NCBI RefSeq assembly: GCF_000143415.4
Contig: NW_003314269.1
Location: 1,619,544-1,683,543, forward strand
Source: Selaginella moellendorffii
Taxonomy: Eukaryota; Plantae; Lycopodiophyta
Length of the DNA stretch: 64,000 bases
Reading direction: 5' to 3'
Part shown: positions 56,533 to 64,000 of the stretch, piece by piece
Layout: each line of letters starts with the position of its first letter
Numbering within the stretch: the first letter of the stretch is position 1
Translations under genes and position numbers: made by a program
The notes under the pieces: model-generated
Database searches by the model: none
What the model was told of the DNA's origin: nothing
What the model saw: the letters and a program-made list of their open reading frames with translations, nothing else

Positions 56533-57351
56533 TCAACGCTCCTTCCTGGCCGCCTCGATCTTGGATTCCACCCTGCGCGGCAAATCCTTGGCGAGCAGCA
56601 GCAGCAGCGTCGATCCCAGGCCCATCACCGCGATCCCAGTGAGGAGCATCCGGAGCGGCAAGTACCACGCGGGCAGCAATCCCCTCGCCGCCATAGCCCA
56701 GTCCACCGCGAGCGCCAGGAGGAAGGAAGAAACCAGCACCGCCAGCCCCGACGATCGAGGGAGGAGCATCGCAAACCATCCCAGCAAGCACGGCGTCACG
56801 CCCCAGACGTACCTCACCGTGGCGATGGTGTAGCCCGAGAAGCTCACGGGGCTGCTCGACTCGGGGCTGGCCATGGCCACCCCCCAGTGAGGCCCCCCGA
56901 GGAAGGAGAGGATGAGCGCTCCATAGGCGGCCTGGGCGTCGGCGGCGTGGATCGAGGCGAGGAGCTCGGGCAGCGGGAGGACGTAGGCGATCGGGGGCGA
57001 GAGCGCGACGAAGGGGATGGCGCCGGCGAGGCCCAGGGATCTGGCCAGCGGCGGCACCAGCTTGAGATCCCGGCCCAGGTCCGTGAGTTTGGCGCGGATC
57101 CACGACGCCGGTGATGGCGGCGGCGGCGGCCGTGGGGGTTCCTCTCGCCCGCCTTGCTCATGCGATGGCGCTGGAGGCGAGTTGATCGGATTGGAACCCG
57201 TGGAGAAGAAGAAGCACGAAACCCTGGGCGAGATTCCGGGCTCCAGCGCTGGCGCTGGTGCTAGGAATCGGGAATGTGGGAAGACCTGTGAGCGCTCGCG
57301 GCTGAGAAGGAAGCGCTGGAGCCGATTGAGCACTCCATCCCCGGCGCGCAT
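56533..57351 (-). CDS. DUF3429/TMEM69-like membrane protein
   Basis: LGLAGAIPF, YGALILSFLGGPHWG and PAWYLPLRMLLT; transit-peptide-like N-terminus. Confidence 0.85.
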   Translation of the reverse strand: MRAGDGVLNRLQRFLLSRERSQVFPHSRFLAPAPALEPGISPRVSCFFFSTGSNPINSPPAPSHEQGGREEPPRPPPPPSPASWIRAKLTDLGRDLKLVPPLARSLGLAGAIPFVALSPPIAYVLPLPELLASIHAADAQAAYGALILSFLGGPHWGVAMASPESSSPVSFSGYTIATVRYVWGVTPCLLGWFAMLLPRSSGLAVLVSSFLLALAVDWAMAARGLLPAWYLPLRMLLTGIAVMGLGSTLLLLLAKDLPRRVESKIEAARKER

Positions 57352-57556
57352 TGTTGCCCTAGAAACACGATCGAGGCATATTCTCTTAGACTTGGATGAA
57401 TATACTCTGGAAAGGATAGTTTCAAATCAATCAGATCGTATTCCCTCTCGAGAAACCATACAAAAAAAATTATAAGAGCGACGCTAGGGAGATATTTTTT
57501 TCATCGTTTTCTTCGTATAGTAGTGATGTCCTAGGCCTTACCACGAACTCGATGTT

Positions 57557-58517
57557 TCACTTGCATTTGAATCCTTTACAAATCGAGAGCCAGATGATGA
57601 GGATGAGCACGATGACGATCCCGAGAACAATCAGCTTCACTTTCATGTTTTGCAGCCACATCTTCCGGCGAAGGTCTCTTCCCTGGCGTCTGAAGTTGTC
57701 AGCCTGGAAGAACATAAAAAACACGGATGTGTATCAGTCAAAGAAAGAACTTTGATCTAGAAACGCGGGTGTTGAGTTACCTGGAAGCGCAGATTGTCGG
57801 TTTTGTCAACGAGCAGCTCGATCTTCTCGCCTCGATCCAGCACCTGTAGCGGCGAAGCAGAGCTCACAAATCCATCCCCCAATCGAGAAACTAGGCAAGT
57901 ACCTTCTCGATGTTGTCCATCATGATACCTTTCACCTCGGAGACCTGGGCTTTGATCTTGGCGATCTTGTTCATCTCGTCGGGATGAGTGACGCAGTACT
58001 GCATGTGTTCCTTGAGCTTCGGCCTGGATCAAAAACGAAAAGCGAGCTGGACCACCAAACAAAAGGAGAAAACGAACTTACCCATATTCCTTGTCTAGGC
58101 TGTTGGCAATGGCAGTGTCAGCCTTTCCTCCCCCATAGCGACGCTTGAAGTCCTCCTTGACACGCTCTAGGAACGCGAATGGTATCTGCCTTCCAAATTC
58201 CTCGTCAGCCACAACCATGTAAGCTACACAAGATCACAAGAGAAAAAAAAAAAAAAACGAACAGCCAGTGAGCCAAGCGATCGATCGATCGAACGAACAA
58301 AACTAAACAAAAGAAGAAAAAACTCACTGAATCCATCCTCGACCAGATAGTTGAAGGTGTGCTTGTCGCAAGTGTACGTGAACTTGTTGTTGTTGGCGGG
58401 AAGCTTCTGGAGGCACTGAATGGCGATGGTGCTAAAGTTACCGGAGAAACCCGTGTACTCGGCGAGAACCACAGTGCCCCGCGCAACAAAGCTGTAGATC
58501 AGCGAATCCTGCCCCAT
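57557..58517 (-). CDS. VAMP72: VAMP72-family longin R-SNARE, multi-exon
   Basis: [40 protein letters not shown] and [15 protein letters not shown] followed by a transmembrane helix. Confidence 0.95.
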
Positions 58518-59041
58518 TTCTCCTCCTTCCCCGAAATCCACGCAATACCTATCGATCCCTCACTGGCATCGGCGAGGCAAGCCGAGAGATCCTGCGCAAA
58601 AGAGAGCTCAGCGACCTAGGACGCGCACAGATCTAAGCCCTAGCGAGTGATCTCAGCTCGCATGCGCTGCCGAGAGATAGGGATTGGGATCGCGAGGTAC
58701 AAACCTAGCGGAGCGCGCCCGTGAGAGAGCACACCGACAGAGATCAAGTGCTGTTCCTCCTTTACCCCCAAAAAACCCCTCCTTCCTCGGTATATGCTCT
58801 TTTTCCAGGGGCAGCGAATATGCTAATTCGGTAGCTCGTCGTTGCTGGCGTGGCAGTAGCTGGAGCGTCCGATCGCGGAAAGCTATCTCCTCGCCGGAAT
58901 CGACCGCGAAACCTACTAAAAACTTTCCCGCGTGGAAAACAATGACATTTATATTTCATCCCTTTTTTCAAATTTTGACAGGGTAACAGGCAAAAGCCCT
59001 ACCGTACGATAAGTTACGAGAAAAGTTCTACCGTACGAGTT

Positions 59042-59488
59042 CTAGGGAATTTCGATTCTTAGATTTCTCTTGGGAGCAGTGAGGCGGCACCGTGGGGCCT
59101 CGTCGCCAAACTGGATGTAGTCCGTGAATCTCTTTAGCTTGGGTGGATCCCTTATCATCCCTTCCTTCACCTTGGTGGAGTTCGTTTTAGATGATCCAGA
59201 GATTGTTGCGGAGTTGCTAGAGATTGTTCTTGAGGCCATTGTTTTGCTAGGAATGGAAACAGGATCCCTGATCTCTGGAGCCAATTCCTTGTTTAATTCC
59301 ATAGCCTGCTGCTGCTTCAAGATTGTTCTTGAGGTCATTGTTTCGCTAGGAACGGAAACATGAACATGATCCTTGATCTTGGCCTCGTCTAGTTCCATTG
59401 CCAGCGGCTTCTTCATCACCACTGGTTTCTTTGGAGCCAAAGCATCTCTCTCCTTTGGGCCATCCTTAACGATCTTAACTTTCACCAT
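59042..59488 (-). CDS. Orphan basic protein (~148 aa) with an internal 33-aa repeat
   Basis: ATG 59488 (MVKVKIVK) with promoter-like motifs just upstream, a 99-bp internal duplication (59221 and 59320) and a C-terminal motif shared with the ORF at 9352-10185. Confidence 0.55.
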   Translation of the reverse strand: MVKVKIVKDGPKERDALAPKKPVVMKKPLAMELDEAKIKDHVHVSVPSETMTSRTILKQQQAMELNKELAPEIRDPVSIPSKTMASRTISSNSATISGSSKTNSTKVKEGMIRDPPKLKRFTDYIQFGDEAPRCRLTAPKRNLRIEIP

Positions 59489-59505
59489 TGATGGATCCTT
59501 TTTAT

Positions 59506-59570
59506 AAACCCTAACATCTCGCCCTCTATATGTAGACAAAGGTGGCGAGATCCAACGGTGGGGCGCGAAA
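59506..59570 (-). promoter_or_regulatory. Telo-box, MSA-like and E2F-like motif cluster
   Basis: AAACCCTAA at 59506, AGATCCAACGGT at 59548 and GGCGCGAAA at 59562 (reverse TTTCGCGCC). Confidence 0.55.
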
Positions 59571-59920
59571 AGGGTGCTGATGTTAACGAGCGAGCGGCAG
59601 ATATAAACACCGACGAGGCTCTGCTGCATCGCAGGGATCTTTTTGAGCTGTCTCTCGGATTTCACCAAATGCCTTAAATGGGGAAATTCCATTTCATAAA
59701 TAAAAAGCACTCTTTTCTTGCAGTGATCGGGCTCGCGCTGCCAATACTGTGGCTGGATCAGAAATAACGAACACCAACCTCGATGATTCCACGATCGCGG
59801 TTCCATTTAAGATCAATCGACCGATCAATTGGGCCTCTGTGGAGCAGAGTAAACGAAGATTTCGTGGCTGGCTATAAGAAATCTCGGTGACTATCCATCG
59901 TGAATTCATCCCCGGTCGCC

Positions 59921-61325
59921 ATGGCTCAGCAGCTTTTCCTGCTCTTGATCGCCCTGCAATTGACGCTTTTCTCCCGATTTCCAGGATTTTGTAAGGCGGC
60001 CCAAGTTCCTGCGTTTTTCGTGATCGGAGACTCGCTCGTGGATCCCGGCAACAACAATTACATTGTCACGATCGCCAAGAGCAATTTCCCCCCGTATGGC
60101 ATGCAGTTCGACACGAGAATGCCGACCGGGAGATTCACAAACGGTCGCACTTCCGCGGATTGGCTCGGCAAGATCTTCTTTCTCTCTTCCTCTGTTTTTT
60201 TTTTTTTTTTTCCCCCAAGAGATTCATGAAATCTATGTCGTTTTCTTGGTTTTTTCAGCTGCATTGCTTGGACTTCCACTCCCTCCGGCATTCCTGGATC
60301 CATCACTGACTGCCGTGAATTATCTCCAAGGTGTCAATTTCGCTTCCGCTGGCTGCGGAATCATCGACGCCACCGGAAACATCTTTGTAAATTCGATCCA
60401 TTTCTCTCTTTCCTAAGTTGTGAATTCTCCCACTGATCCAAGTTCTTTTTCTTGGACATACAATCACAGGTTGGGAGGGTTCCACTGTCGGAGCAAGTCA
60501 CGCAATTGGCGAAGGTGAAGCAACAGATTGCTGGTGTCATCGGGCCTGGGGCGGCGGAGAACTTGATCGCGAGCTCCATCGTCGCCACCATCGTTGGCAG
60601 CAACGATTACATCAACAATTATCTCTTCAAGGCCACCAAGGAGGCCAAGCTCCCCCCGAAACAGTTCCAGGACCTTCTCATCGCCACATACGCGGAACAA
60701 GTAAAGGTTTGTGTGCCAAACGATTCATCTCTCATAGATCTCTAGCAAACCACACTGGCTTCCAAAAGATTAAACTCTCCCTCGCAGAGGCTCTACGATA
60801 TTGGTGTGCGCAAGCTCATCGCCTTCAACATCCCGCCGATTGGCTGCATCCCTCGCTCGCTCGCATTCTACGGCAGCAAGAACGGGGAATGCATCCAGTT
60901 TGTCAACGACTTCGCCATCAATTTCAACAAGGAATTCAAGCCTTTGATCCAGAAGCTGCGCAAGACGCTCTCGGGGCTGGAAATCGTCCACACGGATTCG
61001 TATAAGGAAGTCACCACAATCTACAACAATCCCTCGAATTTCGGTATAAACCACCCAAGATCCGAAACTCTGTTCTTCTCACAAGTTCGTCTCTTCCATC
61101 TCAGGGTTTACATTCAACTCGATTGCGTGCTGCGGCAAAGGACGGTACAATGGTTTGATTCAATGCCTGCCTCACTTTCCATCTTGCCGGGACTACGACC
61201 AGCGCATTTTCTTTGATTCCTTCCACACCACCGCGAGGGCCAACAACATCGTCGCGAATTTCACGTATTTTGGAGGCCAGGAATTCAATGATCCCATCAG
61301 CGTGCAGCAGCTGGCATCGCTCTAG
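59921..61325 (+). CDS. GDSL esterase/lipase, secreted, multi-exon
   Basis: [34 protein letters not shown] and FFDSFHTT. The first intron appears to be GC-AG (60168-60258). Confidence 0.93.
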
Positions 61326-61546
61326 AAATCTCATGTGATCTCACTCGCATCAAAAGAATCTCAAACGCTTGAAACTTTGATGTCGAGAGAGAGAGACTTC
61401 TCTTAGCCCTTGGATGCGTTGCTCGGTGGACGGCGGCGATCTTGCTTAGGACCTCTTTATATCTCTTCGCTTTGTAGGGCTCTTTCATTGCTAGCGTTTT
61501 AGGGTTCTTGGGCTAGGTTTCTTGGCGCATCGCGCTCCCGGCCACG

Positions 61547-62251
61547 ATGTCGCTCTCCAAGAGCTCCAAGATGCTCAACTACATCAACTACAGGATGCGG
61601 GTAACGATCCAGGACGGGCGGCAGCTGGTGGGCAAGTTCATGGCCTTCGATCGCCACATGAACTTCGTGCTGGGCGACACGGAGGAGTTCCGGCGGCTAC
61701 CGCCCAAGAAGGGCGCGGGCAAGCAGCAGGGCGGCGAGGAGCGAGAGGATCGGCGGACGCTCGGCCTGATCCTCCTGCGCGGCGAGGAGGTAGTGTCCAT
61801 GACAGTGGAGGGGCCGCCGCCACAGGAGCAGTCCAAGGGGGCGGGGATCGCGCCGCCAGGGCAAGGAATGGGGCGCGCGGCCGGGCGGGGGATGCCGATG
61901 CCCATGGCGGCGCAGCCGGGGCTAGCGGGGCCTGGGCGGGGCGTGGGCGGCCCAGCTCCCGGTCTGATGCGGCCGCCACCCACGGTCTCGGCGGGGCCGG
62001 TGACGTATCCTCCTCCACAGCGGCCGCCGCCCATGACCCCGGGGGTGATCCGGCCGGGGATGGCGCCGTTTGGGCAGCGGCCGATGGCTCCTCCGCCGAT
62101 GATGCGGCCCGGGGGTCCGCCGCCAGCCATGGGAGCGCCGCCGCGGCCCGGGATGCCGCCGCCCAATTTCGCTGGAGGTGCGCCGCCCAGGCCTGGAGGG
62201 CCGCCGGTGTTCCCTGGGAGGCCGCCGGTTATGCAGCCTCCACCGCAGTGA
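61547..62251 (+). CDS. SmB: Small nuclear ribonucleoprotein SmB/B'
   Basis: [36 protein letters not shown]...[21 protein letters not shown] followed by a Pro/Gly-rich tail. Confidence 0.96.
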   Translation: MSLSKSSKMLNYINYRMRVTIQDGRQLVGKFMAFDRHMNFVLGDTEEFRRLPPKKGAGKQQGGEEREDRRTLGLILLRGEEVVSMTVEGPPPQEQSKGAGIAPPGQGMGRAAGRGMPMPMAAQPGLAGPGRGVGGPAPGLMRPPPTVSAGPVTYPPPQRPPPMTPGVIRPGMAPFGQRPMAPPPMMRPGGPPPAMGAPPRPGMPPPNFAGGAPPRPGGPPVFPGRPPVMQPPPQ

Positions 62252-62522
62252 GAGGAAGGATTGGACGTGGAATGGATTGGAGTGGCAGTGGCGATCACTT
62301 GAGGATGATTGTAAGTTTTTTCTTGTTCTTCTCTTGGGCTGGACGGTGTTTGATGGTACTCTTGTTTAAGGCAGAGCTATGTAGCTAAAGAAAAAAGAAA
62401 ATTCACTTCTCGACTAATGCAAGACTATAGCTTCAAGTAAGTTTCACTATTTTGTCACAAGTTATAACTTCTCTCTTTTCTTTCAGCGAGGAACAGCCGA
62501 GTTACAGAGTTAAGTTCTTCTC

Positions 62523-62707
62523 GAAGAGCTCCTTACTAGTGTATCAATGGATCGATGTTTTGTTTCTCTTGTTTCTCTTTACTACGACGCAGAGCTCCTC
62601 TTGTTCTTCCTATCCTAATGTATCAATGGTTTCACTAAGTTCTTCTAGATCTCTGGAGTTCTCTAAGAGCTCCTCTTGTTCGTACTAATGTATCAATCGA
62701 TCGATGC
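62523..62707. repeat. Three imperfect ~70-bp tandem units
   Basis: AGAGCTCCT...TA(A/G)TGTATCAAT at ~62525, ~62591 and ~62666. Confidence 0.75.
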
Positions 62708-64000
62708 TTCGACCGGTGTTCCTGGAGTTAGATAACAAGATCTAACGCGCTCTAGAAGCCTGGCCTCTTCCTCCGCCATCCCGGCGCTCCCATAGACGTT
62801 CGCCATCAACACGTACGCCGCTGGCCCGTCCGGATCAATCCCCAGCAGCGACTCAAACGCCACGCTCGCGACGTCCAAGTTCTTCCACTTGACGCAGGTG
62901 CTCAGCACGGTCGTCCAAGTCACGGAGCTCGGCCTGTGCGGCATTGCCGCCACCTCCGCCAAGGCTTCCTCGAGCCGGTTCGCCCTCCCCAGCATGTCCA
63001 CCAGGCAGTGGTAGTGCTCGATGCCCGCCTCTATCCGGTAACTCTCCACCATAGCGGCGAAGGCCCGGCGTCCATGGTCGACCAGCCCGGCATGGCCGTA
63101 GGCCGCGAGAAGCGCCAGGAAAGTGATACCGTCGGGTTCCAGGCCTTGGTCCTTGATCGCCCACAAGAGATCCACCACAAGGCGGTAGCTCCCCTGACGG
63201 CTAAACCCCGCGGCCAGCGCGTTCCAGGTCACAACGTCGACGCTCGCCAGGGACTGGAAGACGAGCTCGGCGTCGGCCATCCTGCCAGACTTGCCGTAGA
63301 AGTCGACGAGCGCGTTGTGGACGAAGGCGTCAGTCTCCAGCCCGGCCTTGCAGAGTCGCCAGTGGATGTCTCGCGCGGCTCCCAGAGACGCGAGCCCGGC
63401 ACAGGCCGCGAGGGCCGAGGCGTACGAGGCTGGATCCGGCGAGCAGCCTCGGCGGTCCATCTCGAGGAAGAGCTGCAGCGCTCGCTCGTCCAGGCCGTTG
63501 TCCAGGTGCCCCGCTATCAAGGCGTTCCACGAGACGAGATCATGCTCCGCCATCCTGTCGAAAGCTCTCGTCGCGTCCTGGAGGCTGCCGCACTTGGAGT
63601 AGAAATCCACCAGCGTGTTCCCCACGAACATGTCCGTGACGTCGTATCGTTCCTTGGCGGCCTGCGAGTGGAGCTCCATTCCTCTCTCCAGGCTCGCAAG
63701 CTTGATCGCCATCCTTGTACCATCCGGGAGTATTTCCAACCGAGCTTCTTCTTTGGCTGCCAAGTTGGTGCACGCCATCAGTCCCGCCACGAAAGTTCTT
63801 GCATTGGGCTCGCAGCCCCGTGCTCTCATCGATCCAAGGAGCTCGAGGGCAGTCTCCGCTCGATCGCCCTCCACCGCTCCGAGCATCAGTGCCGTGAACG
63901 AGACAACGTCGTGGCGTGGCATCCGATCGAAGACGCGGCGAGCATCCAGCAAGCTCCCGGATTTGGAGTAGGCATCCACCAGCGTGTTGCTCAGGCACAC
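62693..64000 (-). CDS. PLS-class PPR-E protein, 5' end outside the window
   Basis: NTLVDFYSKCGSLQDA, HYHCLVDMLGRA and AAYVLMANVYGSAG; no DYW domain. Confidence 0.92.
   Translation of the reverse strand: MCLSNTLVDAYSKSGSLLDARRVFDRMPRHDVVSFTALMLGAVEGDRAETALELLGSMRARGCEPNARTFVAGLMACTNLAAKEEARLEILPDGTRMAIKLASLERGMELHSQAAKERYDVTDMFVGNTLVDFYSKCGSLQDATRAFDRMAEHDLVSWNALIAGHLDNGLDERALQLFLEMDRRGCSPDPASYASALAACAGLASLGAARDIHWRLCKAGLETDAFVHNALVDFYGKSGRMADAELVFQSLASVDVVTWNALAAGFSRQGSYRLVVDLLWAIKDQGLEPDGITFLALLAAYGHAGLVDHGRRAFAAMVESYRIEAGIEHYHCLVDMLGRANRLEEALAEVAAMPHRPSSVTWTTVLSTCVKWKNLDVASVAFESLLGIDPDGPAAYVLMANVYGSAGMAEEEARLLERVRSCYLTPGTPVEASID

Noticed and set aside
58998-59040. Two CTACCGTACGA copies (SPL/GTAC-like sites)
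   Set aside because: Too short to support a regulatory call without data.
59489-59806. Upstream extension of the 254-aa ORF
   Set aside because: It crosses TATA-, telo-, MSA- and E2F-like motifs and is more likely promoter; ATG 59488 is preferred.
61522-62388. Alternative-frame and antisense long ORFs over SmB; SmB as a retrocopy
   Set aside because: These are by-products of very high GC. An intronless SmB coding region alone is not evidence of retroposition, and no poly(A) or TSD is seen.
1-64000. tRNA, rRNA or snRNA genes
   Set aside because: None recognised by eye; tRNAscan-SE and Infernal would be needed to exclude small ncRNAs.

Overview
Gene-dense eukaryotic plant DNA with tiny (~50 bp) GT-AG introns, many intronless PLS/SS-type PPR genes and very short intergenic gaps. 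This architecture is most consistent with the lycophyte Selaginella (an inference, not tested). Recognisable genes, in order: PRP40 (3' part), PPR, KS-dehydrin, PPR, a lysine/glutamate-rich orphan, a plastid glucose transporter, MPS1 kinase, an ankyrin-TPR protein, La protein, RBL14-type rhomboid, a fungal-type BBE/FAD oxidase, a fungal-like PD-(D/E)XK-motif orphan, an LRR receptor-like protein, a LAF3-like amidohydrolase (disrupted), a JMJ31-like JmjC protein, a tandem-domain SCP/FCP1-like phosphatase, PPR, TMEM135-like, YUCCA, DUF3429/TMEM69-like, VAMP72, a second orphan, GDSL lipase, SmB and a partial PPR. Between them lie a Ty1/copia relic, two AT-rich unresolved tracts and several deletion-riddled pseudogenes (three kinase relics, two PPR, one C2, one BAHD). 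The best leads are: (1) an adjacent pair of fungal-looking genes at 26.3-29.0 kb, a secreted flavin oxidase and a putative restriction-endonuclease-fold protein preceded by a palindrome array; (2) two orphan ORFs 50 kb apart that share a C-terminal Y-x-x-F-G...R-[FL]-T-A-P-K motif and cell-cycle-type promoter elements; (3) a kinase plus FFGGCREQ module present in three decayed copies; (4) three in-frame, stop-free introns in the MPS1 kinase domain. I saw no rRNA, tRNA or CRISPR array. Multi-exon coordinates were read by eye.
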